Shown here: piece after piece, positions 31,201-40,657 of the stretch
How the letters are laid out: every line of letters starts with the position of its first letter
Position numbering within the stretch: position 1 is the stretch's first letter
Origin: an uncultured Bacteroidota bacterium
GTDB taxonomy: Bacteria > Bacteroidota > Bacteroidia > Flavobacteriales > BACL11
Assembly (NCBI GenBank): GCA_902597195.1
Contig: CACJWV010000001.1
Span: forward strand, 120-64,119
DNA: 64,000 bases
Direction of reading: 5' to 3'
Notes under the pieces: model-generated
The model's database searches: none
What the model saw: the letters and a program-made list of their open reading frames with translations, nothing else
Told to the model about the DNA's origin: nothing
Translations under genes and position numbers: made by a program

Positions 31201-33178
31201 TTGCTATGGAGCAAATGATGGATTGGCAAATGCATATGCTTGGGGAGGTACAGCTCCTTATACCTTTACATGGCTGCCAAACGGGCAACAAGGAGATACT
31301 GTAAACACATTAACTCCAGGTATACACACAGTTACTGTTACTGATGCAAAAGGCTGTACAGCAAGTGATACAGTATTTATAAATGAGCCTTTTGAGCTAT
31401 TTGTAGACATAGATGATGCACAGACCGTTTTAGCTTATTGTGTAGGAGTTAATACTGCTTCACTCACAGCTATTGCATCTGGAGGAACACCTGGTTATTC
31501 TTATCAATGGGATGATAATAGTGTTGCTCCTCAAACAACATCAGTAGCAACAGATTTATTTGCAGGAGTTTATACAATTACAGTTACAGATTCTAGAGGT
31601 TGTACAGTTACAGATTCTAGAGATATAGATACAGTTACAAATACAATGAATGCACATATTACTGCATTAAATCAGTATAACGGAGGCCATCACGTAAGTT
31701 GTTATGGCGCAAATGATGGAAAAGTATATGTGTCGGCTTCAGGAGCACATGAACCTTATTCTTACCAATGGTTTGGTCCTTCAGGCTTTAGTGGTAGTAA
31801 CGACACTATTAATCAACTTGCTGCAGGTATATACTCTGTGAATGTTAGTGATACAAATAATTGTATGGTAAATACGAGTATACATGTTACTGAGCCATTA
31901 AATCTATTATATAGTGTTCATTCCTCCACTGCTGAGACATGTCTTGGTTCTTGTGATGGAACAGTTTCATTACAATTATCAGGTGGTACTGCTCCTTACG
32001 TAGGTATTTTTACTAATAATGTAACTGGACATATTGGATCAAGCTCTATGCCTAATGATAGCTTGATTACTAATGTTTGTTCTGGTAGTCATAGTATTAC
32101 ACTAACTGATGCTAATGGTTGCTCTAGTGCTATAATCAACGGAGGTAACAATCAGGTCGTTGTTCCATTTGCATTGTCAACAACAGCGTCTATTGATTTT
32201 TCTTCTGTGGTAAATGTATTGTGTAACTCATCTGCTACTGGCTCTGTAAGTGCTTTAAACCCAATTACAAATAATACAAACTACTCTTACTCTTGGGAAA
32301 ATGTAAATAACCCTGGAGTTACAGTTTCAAGTACTACTGCAGCATCAAACTTAATTGCTGGCACTTATGTTTTATTAGCACATTATTCTGATTCAAATAA
32401 TTTAAATCTAATATACCCAGGATGTACATCATCAGATACTGTTACTATTTCGGAGCTACCAGCTGTTGAAATTTCAAGTAATGGAATAGTTGCAGCGGAT
32501 TGCTTTGGAGCAAGTACTGGTAGTATTAACGCAGCAGTCTCTGGTGGAACACCGCCTTATACTTTTAGTTGGCTGCCTAGCGGTGGAAGTTCGAACTTAG
32601 CTAGCAATTTAAGTGCAGGTACGTATACGCTGAATGTATTAGACGCTAATCAGTGTTCTGATGTAGATACTTTTATGGTATCACAGCCAGATGTTCTAAA
32701 TGTTAGTATCACTGAGAATAATTATTTGTTGAGCGTATCTTCCTTAACAGGAGGAGTACCTCCTTACTCATATTCTTGGAGAGAATCTTCAACACCAAAT
32801 GTTTCAATACAAGGAGGGACTTCATTTTTAGTAACAGAAGGAGGAAATTATTATGTAATAATAACGGATGCCAATGGATGTACACAGACATCTAATTCTG
32901 TGTTGTTTAATGAGACAAGCATTGGAGAAGCTGCAATAAGTGAGATAAAAATATATCCGAACCCATTTAGAGATGAAGCTACGATTGATTTAGGAACATC
33001 AGTATCGGACGTAGTCGTAAGGGTAATGGATATATATGGAAAAGTTATAGAAATAATAGAAACAAAGAATAGAGATAAGGTTTTAATAAAGTCTAGAAAC
33101 AAGGCTAAAGGAACCTATTTTGTGGAGATAGAAATAGATGAAGATCAAATATTCTACAAGAAATTAATAATGGATTAA
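28280..33178 (+). CDS. Giant cell-surface protein: unique ~555-aa head, SprB-repeat stalk and T9SS type-A C-terminal domain (island gene 2)
   Basis: Signal peptide MKKIVGLILLVFLSFGVHA. Head starts SHIMGGEITWEC...LYRDCDG. About a dozen SprB-type repeats (GGTPPYSYEW, GGMPNYSYVW, GGTAPYTFTW, GGTPGYSYQW and others). Tail IKIYPNPFRDEATIDLG...GTYFVEIEID is a Por secretion tail (TIGR04183 type). Confidence 0.9.
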   Translation: MKKIVGLILLVFLSFGVHASHIMGGEITWECIKDPLDPDVGKYIFTMKLYRDCDGISLPTTNQTLNVWNHPTVTTISLQFISNTDISPDCDVTNSGNPALDCFTNPIGAVEEYIYQSLPIALIGAPPISNPPTPTTHGWHFTWDSCCRNGAIVNLTTPNSDGFTMRASMFAYVDPLGNSTPTDPCFDSSPIFNESPKTIICTGYPFSYTHNASDQEMDSLVYSWDEPLDDFFGAYNPPVTPGLLTYTPPYTANNPLPGNPTLDPQNGQISYTSNLSGNFVTVVRVDAYKCDQLVAQIYREIQAVLIACPPLAGGNANFPPNIPAPFPAPTPYYTTVAAGTLVSFNISASDADLYAAGVPQDVSLEITGGQMAGDFITTTDCVSPPCATFTDNLGNPPPFSSPSIVNGIFEWQTACTHISSDAGCGNVSNIYNFAIKAYDDFCPANAITFATITIEVTQAASLPAPDLKCVFVNGNGDVTLDWNHTVGANNSTLYHLYASDNIGGPYVNVADVSYPTDNYTIDSSLVPPGAQYFFMTNESTCASESLPSDTITPIAFEISSNNVSCWDDADGSISVEVLTNMLNPFSYYINGVINPNPPPYDTLFSALQAGTYNITVSDNGYCQITQPIHITAPGFPLQLIISDTVNTCFGQGTANASVDGAGGTPPYSYEWFNFGDTIAFSTQNTVDSLSTGSYFVEIMDVNGCDTFTTVQVISSQLPLTASPQIYGVSCQGDSTGMIIADGGGSSPPYKYYWKDSSGDTIRYTGYMIGRDTLRDLPAGSYRLHIYDSQDCFEDYILTVGEPATSLTIDSLLTVSDIACHGDSVGSARMFVSGGMPNYSYVWESGETGLVATSLKAGYNTVSVTDDWGCTVEDSIQINENPLIESTVSVVQNVSCYGNSDGIASVTSSGGIPSYIYFWSNGHTGFSMPDTAYNLLFGSYYVTTRDALGCEVIDSIDISQPEPLSMEASEIEWISCYGANDGLANAYAWGGTAPYTFTWLPNGQQGDTVNTLTPGIHTVTVTDAKGCTASDTVFINEPFELFVDIDDAQTVLAYCVGVNTASLTAIASGGTPGYSYQWDDNSVAPQTTSVATDLFAGVYTITVTDSRGCTVTDSRDIDTVTNTMNAHITALNQYNGGHHVSCYGANDGKVYVSASGAHEPYSYQWFGPSGFSGSNDTINQLAAGIYSVNVSDTNNCMVNTSIHVTEPLNLLYSVHSSTAETCLGSCDGTVSLQLSGGTAPYVGIFTNNVTGHIGSSSMPNDSLITNVCSGSHSITLTDANGCSSAIINGGNNQVVVPFALSTTASIDFSSVVNVLCNSSATGSVSALNPITNNTNYSYSWENVNNPGVTVSSTTAASNLIAGTYVLLAHYSDSNNLNLIYPGCTSSDTVTISELPAVEISSNGIVAADCFGASTGSINAAVSGGTPPYTFSWLPSGGSSNLASNLSAGTYTLNVLDANQCSDVDTFMVSQPDVLNVSITENNYLLSVSSLTGGVPPYSYSWRESSTPNVSIQGGTSFLVTEGGNYYVIITDANGCTQTSNSVLFNETSIGEAAISEIKIYPNPFRDEATIDLGTSVSDVVVRVMDIYGKVIEIIETKNRDKVLIKSRNKAKGTYFVEIEIDEDQIFYKKLIMD
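30349..33163 (+). repeat. Copy 1 of a 2,815-bp near-identical direct repeat (3' part of gene 2)
   Basis: Block-by-block comparison with 42,239-45,053 at a constant offset of 11,890. Mismatches occur only at 30385, 30514, 30516 and 30517. Positions 30518-33163 are identical. Confidence 0.95.
32945..33175 (+). other. T9SS type-A C-terminal sorting domain of island gene 2
   Basis: IKIYPNPFRDEATIDLGTSVSDVVVRVMDIYGKVIEIIE...KGTYFVEIEIDEDQIFYKK. Confidence 0.8.
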
Positions 33179-33262
33179 CCCTGTGGTTTATCCAAATGAA
33201 AAATTTATAATATGATTAATAGTTTATATAATAGTTCAAAATTAAGAAATGGTTTTTTAAAT

Positions 33263-36200
33263 ATGAAGTTGTTTTTTATTGCATTTAGTATGCTAGTTTT
33301 TGTTGGTGTTAATGCACAGGTAACTGTTAATGTTACTAATGCTACTTCTGTAAACGCAAATGATGGATTAGCTATAGCTAATGTTGCTACAGGTTCTGGA
33401 AATTACACGTACTATTGGGAAGATTTAAGTACAAATCTACCTGCTAATGGACCTACAACTACCACAGCTTCAACAGACACATTTTTTAATGCACCCTCTG
33501 GTACATACTTATTATCAGTAATTGACAACGGTTTGAGTACATTTTCAAGTGATACGGTTTTCATTTCTGCTCCTGGTGGTTCTTTTTCTTATAATGGTGC
33601 ACTCGGATTATGCGTAAACACGACGACACAATTAACTGCAATTTTAAGTGGATGTAGTTATATTAATCCAACTCTTGGAATAGATTACACACTGCTGAGC
33701 TCAGTAGGAGGTGTGCTATTGTCTACTAATTCAACTCTTGATTCTGTTTCATTACCTGTTTTAGGTGCAGGAACTTATTATATGTCTTCTGCTAATCTTG
33801 ATAATGGATGTATTACTGTAGATACATTCACTATTTCTACAGGTGTTTTATCTGCAAATGTTGTATCATCAAATGTGTTGGGTCCTAACAACCTAGGTTC
33901 TGCAACTATTACTGCATTTGGAGGAACACCACCATATAGCATATATTGGAGTATTGGTGGAGTTGGTTCAGTTATTACTTCATGGACAAACGGAGATTCT
34001 ATACAAAACCTAACTCCAGGTACATATACATATACAGTTAGTAGCTCTGGTTGTTTCACATCAGGAAGCGTGACAATAACTAATGCATGTAATGCAAATT
34101 TTATTTCAAATTATAATGTATGCGATGAGAGTATAAATCTAAGCGCAACAATGAATATGACTAACCCAGGTAGTTCTTACAATTACAATTATGAGTTATC
34201 AAATAGTTCTGGGGTTATTGAAAATTTATTATCTAGTAATGATTCAATAGCATTCACTAGCTCAATTAGTAATAATGGTTTATACTTTTTAAATGTTACT
34301 GAAACCACAACCGGCTGTATATCACAAGATACAATTGACATTAATTTAACACCGCTGTTAGTAAATACAACTGTAAATAATGTAACAGATCCTTTGTTAT
34401 GTAATGGTTCTATATTTGCAACCCCAACAACAGGTTCCTTTCCTTACACATTTCAATGGGATACCAATGGAACTGTTTTTTCCTCTAATTCCGGTTTTAA
34501 CTCTAGCATAATAAATCTTTGCTCTGATACTTTCTGTCTAACAGTCACTGATGCGAGTTCATGCTCATACAATGAATGTATTGCTGTTCAGTTTAATCCT
34601 TGCATTGCTACCACAACGGTTTTTGATAGTATCAATTGTTACAATGGTGTTGGAGTGATTCAAGTAGATGTTGATACACTAGGTTTAGGAGCTGGACCGC
34701 TAGCCTACACTGGTTCTAGGTTCATATATACTGTCACAGACATATCAACAAGTGCTACAACTACACAACAATCCAACAATACTACTTTTATCTTCCCCAA
34801 CTTGTCTGCAGGTTCTTACATTATAAATGTAGAAGATCAGTCATGGGGGTCTTTCTGTGTTGGTGATACAATTGAATTAACTCAGCCGGACCCTTTACAA
34901 ATCTTCACTTCAACATACAATCCGAGTTTTCCGTGGATACAAGATGGATACATAGTAATTGATTCAATTATTGGAGGTACTGCTCCATTTAATGTTGTTT
35001 GGCTAGATTCAGTTGGTATTCCCTTACCAACCTCTGGATTTCTAGTTCAAGATTCTTTAGGTTATTCAAACCAATATAATGGAGGGTATACAATTCAAGT
35101 GACTGATACAAACGGTTGTTTCCAATCAGTTACTTTATACCTTGACCCTGATAATTCGGCATCTCAACTTTCAATTGATTCAACTTCAGTAACTAATCCA
35201 AGATGTTTTGATGATTGTGATGGAAAATTATTTGCCAAAATGTATGGTGTTGGTACTTATTCGGTACCCCCGTTTACATTTTACTGGCTAAATGCAACAA
35301 CAGGTGATACTTTAAAAGTAGATTCATTAGGTTCAGCATGGTATAATCCTGCTCATGTAGCAACTTATACAAATAGATGTGCAGGAGATTATGAACTGCA
35401 TGCTTATGATTATTATGATAGAGGTCCTGCTACGGCTCAATTTACTTTAACTAATCCGGATCAGATTTCTGTTTACACTTACGGAGGAGAGCCACTTGAA
35501 ATTGAGTGTGGAGAAGATACTGTTTTAGTTTCTCAAGTCTTTGGCGGAAATAGAACTAATGATACTATCTTTCATAGCTCCAACACCATACAAATAGCCG
35601 GTGGTTTTCCTGCACTAACAGCATATGGTTTTTCTGACACCTTAGATGTGGGTGGAGATTATCTTTTACAAGTTACTGGAACATATGTCGACACTGGTGG
35701 TGTGTTCCATGATGCAGCTTACAGAGACTTCATCTCTCCCTCACCTGAAATGAATTGGTCATTTGATGGTAACTTTACTCACAGACCAACACCAAATCAA
35801 TATGACTTAACACATTCTTACTATTTTCCATTTACGGGAACGGGTGTTCATGAGTTTATTTTCTTTGATCCTGGTTTAATCTACACTGGAGCTTTAACAT
35901 TTACAATTTTTGAACTTGAGCTTGATACACCTCAGTATACATATATATGGTATGAGTCAACTCCTGCTGGTAATATTGTAATTAGCGATTCATCAACGGC
36001 ATACTCATATCCTGGTGTAAATGGAACAGATTATATATTATCGGTTGAAGATCACAAAGGATGTGAAGCAATTGATTCTCTAAGAGTTGAGTGGAATTTA
36101 AATATATTAAACTTTAATAATGTTAGTGTAGTAAGTGCTTCTTGCTATGGTGATTCATCAGGTTCAGTTGTAATGTCTGTCGATACAACCACTGGTTTTC

Positions 36201-39200
36201 CACCTTATTCATATTTGATTGATGGAGTAGTAACAACAGACACAGTATTCAATCTTCCACAAGGAAATTATACTTTAACACTAGCTGACAGCATAGGTTG
36301 TATATCAGATGATTATAATGTGAGTATTTTACAACCTGATTCCCTTTATGCGTGCGGTATGGATACCAACAAAGTAGCAGTTTTATTGGATTCGTTTACG
36401 ATGTCTTTTGATAGTAGTTACAGCCACACAACACAAGTTAGTACAATGCCTGGTCTTGAGTATATGTTTAGGGTAAGTGGAGTTTTTGGAGACACATTAT
36501 TTGTAAATTATATGGACGCTGCATATACATATAACGTCGCTCCACCAATAGCTCATAGCTATAACCCGTGGCAATTTAACGGTGATTCTACAATTAGACC
36601 AATTCCTGACATTTTTAATCCTAACCACGTTTATGAATATTATTTTATTGGAGATGGTAACTCGCAAACGTTTACTTACGAAGATTTAGCTGGAGATTAT
36701 CTTGGATCTGGTGGACAATTAAACTTTGAATTTTATAAGTTAGTTTGTCCAGTCAAAGATACGTCTTACTCTTGCTTTGGTGATAGTACAGCAACAGCAT
36801 CAGTTTACCCAAATGGAGGAATTCCTTTTGATCCAGATGGACTATCTAATTCAGGAGATGAATATTATAAATATGAGTGGACTGGGGCAGGTGGAACGAT
36901 ATGGTCAACTAGTCAAACTGCAAATAATTTGCCAGCTGGAAATTATACAGTAACAATTACTGACAGCCTTGGATGTACCTATGAAAGAGAATTACTAGTT
37001 CTTCAATCAGCTACTCCATTAAATATTGATACAATCAGCCAAATAAATGTTGCATGTAAAAGTGATTCAACAGGTGAAATTTTAGCTGTTGTTTCTGGAG
37101 GATTCGGTTCCAATGTTGCAGTTCTAGTTTCAGGTAATGACACAATTTATTTACAAACAGATATAGCTGACACAATTCTAATTACAAATTTAAAGTCAGG
37201 CTTATACGACCTTTACGTTTTTGATACGATTCCAAACAGTATATATGGATTGTATGGTTGTCCACAGCAAGCTCAAATTTTTATTGATGAGCCACAGAAT
37301 GAACTAACTTCAACAGTAAACTTGTTGGAGAATGTCATATGTTTTGGAGATTCAACAGGTAAGGCTATTTCAAATGTCCAAGGTGGGCAGTTCCCATATA
37401 TCTATGCATGGGATAATGGAGATTCAACACAAATTAATAGCAATCTTTGGGCAGGATGGCAAGGTGTGACCTTTACTGACGCCAACAATTGTACGTTAAG
37501 AGATAGTATAGAAATTATTAATGTTAATCCTGAAATACAAGGGTTTGTTTCAATTCTACAGAATGTATCATGCTTTAATGGATGTGATGGTATTGCACAA
37601 CTTTCTTCAACTGGAGGAGTGCTACAACACAATTATTTCTGGGATAATGGTCAAACATACTTTGGAAGTGGTCCTGATACTGCTTATAGCCTTTGCTATG
37701 GAGGACATGACATAATAATTGAAGATATGGAGGGTTGTAGAAAAATTGTAGAATTTACAATTAATCAGCCTACTGAAATTTTTGCTCAAGCGACAATGGT
37801 TCAGCCAGTACAATGTTTCGGATTTGATGATGGCATGGCATATGGAACAGCTACTGGTGGTACGCCTCCCTACACTTATGTTTGGGATAGTATAAATGGT
37901 CAAAGTGGGCAAAATGCTATCAACTTAACACCGGGAGTTCATGTTTTATATGTTACAGATAGCAAAGGATGTACTGCTCAAGATACTGTAGTTATTACAG
38001 AACCTGCAGAGCTTATAGTTTCAATTGATGATACCATGACGGTATATTCATACTGTTCAGGAACTAATTCTGGACAACTGTGTGCAGTTGCCTCTGGCGG
38101 TACAACTCCTTATAATTATGTTTGGAACGATCCACTTGGTCAACAAGGCTCTTGTGCGTTTAATTTACAAGCTGATTTCTATACAGTAATAGTAATGGAC
38201 GATAGAAATTGTATTGCAACAACTTCTTTTGATTTAGATTCAATAACTAATTCAATGACTTCAGCAGGAGTATCAACATCACAAAATGACGTAACATGCT
38301 TTGGATTATACGACGGATCAATTACTATTAATTTAGTTACTGGTGGGGTACCTGGATATTCTTACCAGTGGACTGGTCCTTCGGGATACACTTCAACAGA
38401 TTCATCTATATCTTCTCTTTATTCAGGAAGCTATGCTTGTGTAATAACTGATACAAATGGATGCGCAGTAACTATTAATACTGAACTCAATCAGCCGGAT
38501 CAGTTAGAATACAACACCTACAACGTTGCTGATGTTTCTTGTTTTGGAGCATGTAATGGTCAAATTTGGGTTGATGTCGAGGGCGGAACGTGGCCATACT
38601 ATTATGATTTTTCAGAAACTGGAACTTTCCCAATCGCAGCAGCTAATAAAGTTCAATTGATTTCAGATACTTTAATTAAAGATTTATGTACAGGACAGCA
38701 TAGTATTTATATTACTGATGCTAACAACTGTGTTGGAACTGTACAGTGGGGTGGGACATGGCAAGAGTTTGTTGACTCTGGAGTTGTTGTTGTTAACGAC
38801 AACATAAATACTGTTGATGCTACTTGCTTCAATTCAAATGATGGATATGCTTGGATTCCTTGGCCAGGGCCTAATCCTTTATTTACATATACGTGGGAAA
38901 CAGATCCAATAACATCAACTATTGATACAGGCTCGTCTACAAACTTACTATTCCCTGGAAATTATAATTTAGTTGCTCATTATTCTGACAGTGCGAATTT
39001 TGGTCAAGTATACAGTGGATGTGATGTAGCTCTTCCTTTTACAATTTCTGGTCCTCCAGCAATTGTTTCAGGTGGAATAGTAACTGATGTAACTTGCTAT
39101 ACTGATACTGATGGTCAAATTACATTAAACCCTAGTGGGGGTACAGGAAATTTTTCATTCCTATGGGACACAACAACATCTGTTCCAATAGGTTCAAATC

Positions 39201-40657
39201 AGATTAATAGTCAAAATTTAAATAATCTACAACCAGGAACTTACACAGTGACAATAACTGATGCCAATGGTTGCGATATAACACAAAATTTTGATGTTCT
39301 TGAACCAGATGCTCTAACAAATGATTTTATAAATGTTTCTGATGTTACTTGCTTTAATCTTCAAGATGGTTCTGTTACATCACAGCCTGATGGAGGTACT
39401 CCAGGATATTCATTTAGCTGGTCACCGAGTGGAGGTAATGCTGCTATTGCAAATAATTTAACTGCTGGAACTTACACTTTAACGGTTACTGATGCTAATG
39501 GTTGTCAAGGACAATTTAGTGTTGATGTAAATCAACCTGACCAAATTATTGCATCAACTGATGCCAACGCGTTTTATGGTGAGGACCAAAATGGAAATCC
39601 ATACAACATCTCTTGCATTGGCTTGAGTGATGGTTCTGCAATCGTAACAAATGGAGGTGGACTTAGTCCTATTACTTACAGTTGGGTTGATGCAACTGGA
39701 AATGTTGTTTCAACAAATGCAAATACTGGAAATATTTTAAGTGCTGGTAATTATACTATAACGGTAACTGACGCCAACGGTTGTTCTGAGATTGACAATA
39801 TAACTTTGATTGAACCAACTCAATTATTAGCTAATCCAACAGAAAGTGGCGACATTAGCAATTTTCCTGGAGCATTTGATATTTCATGTAAAGGAGAATC
39901 GGATGGATGGATTGAGTTAGATCCCTCAGGAGGTGTTGCTAATTCAGGAGGTATTTATCAATACAGTTGGAATGGAAGTATTAATGGTCCAATGAACATG
40001 AGCTCAATATATAATGTGACTGCAGGTAATTATTCAGTAACTGTAACTGATGCTAATGGTTGTTCAATAACAGAAACATTTAACCTGGATGAACCAGCTG
40101 ACGATTTTGTTGCAACTGTTGATTTTGTAAATTACACTGGACCTCAAAAAGCACCTTATCAAGTTGATTTTATAGACAATACATCCACTTTGAACAACGA
40201 TCTAATCAATCATTACTGGTATTGGTCAGTAAATGAATCAGTTGATAGTTACTTAAACTCCAATCAACAGACATTTACCAACACTTTTAATACAGTTGGT
40301 GACAACTTTGTTTACGTAATAGTTGAAAATACAATTTCAGGCTGCACAGATTCATTAACATTTAATGTAGAGGTACAAGGTATTGATGACCCAATTAATA
40401 ATGTTTTCACACCAAACGGGGATGGAATTAACGACACTTATGACTTTGGTGAGCATGCAATGAGTGTGTTTAATGTCGAAATTTACAATAGATGGGGTGA
40501 GACAGTATTTTCTTGGGAAGGAGAGAAAAAAGCATGGGATGGTAAAGGTTACGATGGACAAATGCTTCCTGAAGGAGTTTATTTCTATGTAATGGAAGCT
40601 GAAGGAATAGACGGAGAATTTTACAGCGAGAAAGGTACTGTTACTTTAATTAGATAA
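33263..40657 (+). CDS. Giant cell-surface SprB-repeat protein (~2464 aa) with two copies of an unassigned domain, a PKD-like domain and a T9SS type-B C-terminal domain (island gene 3)
   Basis: The track ORF starts at 33212. I prefer ATG 33263 because MKLFFIAFSMLVFVGVNAQ is a canonical signal peptide. There are dozens of SprB-type repeats. C-terminal FTPNGDGINDTYDF...EIYNRWGETVFSW...WDGKGYDGQMLPEGVYFYVM. Confidence 0.9.
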   Translation: MKLFFIAFSMLVFVGVNAQVTVNVTNATSVNANDGLAIANVATGSGNYTYYWEDLSTNLPANGPTTTTASTDTFFNAPSGTYLLSVIDNGLSTFSSDTVFISAPGGSFSYNGALGLCVNTTTQLTAILSGCSYINPTLGIDYTLLSSVGGVLLSTNSTLDSVSLPVLGAGTYYMSSANLDNGCITVDTFTISTGVLSANVVSSNVLGPNNLGSATITAFGGTPPYSIYWSIGGVGSVITSWTNGDSIQNLTPGTYTYTVSSSGCFTSGSVTITNACNANFISNYNVCDESINLSATMNMTNPGSSYNYNYELSNSSGVIENLLSSNDSIAFTSSISNNGLYFLNVTETTTGCISQDTIDINLTPLLVNTTVNNVTDPLLCNGSIFATPTTGSFPYTFQWDTNGTVFSSNSGFNSSIINLCSDTFCLTVTDASSCSYNECIAVQFNPCIATTTVFDSINCYNGVGVIQVDVDTLGLGAGPLAYTGSRFIYTVTDISTSATTTQQSNNTTFIFPNLSAGSYIINVEDQSWGSFCVGDTIELTQPDPLQIFTSTYNPSFPWIQDGYIVIDSIIGGTAPFNVVWLDSVGIPLPTSGFLVQDSLGYSNQYNGGYTIQVTDTNGCFQSVTLYLDPDNSASQLSIDSTSVTNPRCFDDCDGKLFAKMYGVGTYSVPPFTFYWLNATTGDTLKVDSLGSAWYNPAHVATYTNRCAGDYELHAYDYYDRGPATAQFTLTNPDQISVYTYGGEPLEIECGEDTVLVSQVFGGNRTNDTIFHSSNTIQIAGGFPALTAYGFSDTLDVGGDYLLQVTGTYVDTGGVFHDAAYRDFISPSPEMNWSFDGNFTHRPTPNQYDLTHSYYFPFTGTGVHEFIFFDPGLIYTGALTFTIFELELDTPQYTYIWYESTPAGNIVISDSSTAYSYPGVNGTDYILSVEDHKGCEAIDSLRVEWNLNILNFNNVSVVSASCYGDSSGSVVMSVDTTTGFPPYSYLIDGVVTTDTVFNLPQGNYTLTLADSIGCISDDYNVSILQPDSLYACGMDTNKVAVLLDSFTMSFDSSYSHTTQVSTMPGLEYMFRVSGVFGDTLFVNYMDAAYTYNVAPPIAHSYNPWQFNGDSTIRPIPDIFNPNHVYEYYFIGDGNSQTFTYEDLAGDYLGSGGQLNFEFYKLVCPVKDTSYSCFGDSTATASVYPNGGIPFDPDGLSNSGDEYYKYEWTGAGGTIWSTSQTANNLPAGNYTVTITDSLGCTYERELLVLQSATPLNIDTISQINVACKSDSTGEILAVVSGGFGSNVAVLVSGNDTIYLQTDIADTILITNLKSGLYDLYVFDTIPNSIYGLYGCPQQAQIFIDEPQNELTSTVNLLENVICFGDSTGKAISNVQGGQFPYIYAWDNGDSTQINSNLWAGWQGVTFTDANNCTLRDSIEIINVNPEIQGFVSILQNVSCFNGCDGIAQLSSTGGVLQHNYFWDNGQTYFGSGPDTAYSLCYGGHDIIIEDMEGCRKIVEFTINQPTEIFAQATMVQPVQCFGFDDGMAYGTATGGTPPYTYVWDSINGQSGQNAINLTPGVHVLYVTDSKGCTAQDTVVITEPAELIVSIDDTMTVYSYCSGTNSGQLCAVASGGTTPYNYVWNDPLGQQGSCAFNLQADFYTVIVMDDRNCIATTSFDLDSITNSMTSAGVSTSQNDVTCFGLYDGSITINLVTGGVPGYSYQWTGPSGYTSTDSSISSLYSGSYACVITDTNGCAVTINTELNQPDQLEYNTYNVADVSCFGACNGQIWVDVEGGTWPYYYDFSETGTFPIAAANKVQLISDTLIKDLCTGQHSIYITDANNCVGTVQWGGTWQEFVDSGVVVVNDNINTVDATCFNSNDGYAWIPWPGPNPLFTYTWETDPITSTIDTGSSTNLLFPGNYNLVAHYSDSANFGQVYSGCDVALPFTISGPPAIVSGGIVTDVTCYTDTDGQITLNPSGGTGNFSFLWDTTTSVPIGSNQINSQNLNNLQPGTYTVTITDANGCDITQNFDVLEPDALTNDFINVSDVTCFNLQDGSVTSQPDGGTPGYSFSWSPSGGNAAIANNLTAGTYTLTVTDANGCQGQFSVDVNQPDQIIASTDANAFYGEDQNGNPYNISCIGLSDGSAIVTNGGGLSPITYSWVDATGNVVSTNANTGNILSAGNYTITVTDANGCSEIDNITLIEPTQLLANPTESGDISNFPGAFDISCKGESDGWIELDPSGGVANSGGIYQYSWNGSINGPMNMSSIYNVTAGNYSVTVTDANGCSITETFNLDEPADDFVATVDFVNYTGPQKAPYQVDFIDNTSTLNNDLINHYWYWSVNESVDSYLNSNQQTFTNTFNTVGDNFVYVIVENTISGCTDSLTFNVEVQGIDDPINNVFTPNGDGINDTYDFGEHAMSVFNVEIYNRWGETVFSWEGEKKAWDGKGYDGQMLPEGVYFYVMEAEGIDGEFYSEKGTVTLIR
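40397..40654 (+). other. T9SS type-B C-terminal sorting domain of island gene 3
   Basis: Same signature as gene 1: FTPNGDxIND, YNRWG, WDGKG, PEGVYFY. Confidence 0.8.

Noticed and set aside
32709-33102. Minus-strand ORFs of 60 and 83 aa (32709-32891, 32851-33102) that recur identically at 44599-44781 and 44741-44992.
   Set aside because: Their duplication is only a consequence of lying inside the 2.8-kb repeat. They are antisense to strongly supported adhesin coding sequence and have low-complexity translations. Nothing else supports them.
30349-33163. The 2.8-kb duplicated segment as an insertion sequence or transposon.
   Set aside because: It has no transposase or integrase ORF and no terminal inverted repeats. 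Both boundaries fall in frame inside coding sequence.
33212-33262. The upstream start of gene 3 (MINSLYNSSKLRNGFLN...).
   Set aside because: The 17 extra residues precede a textbook signal peptide starting at ATG 33263. I kept this as an alternative only.
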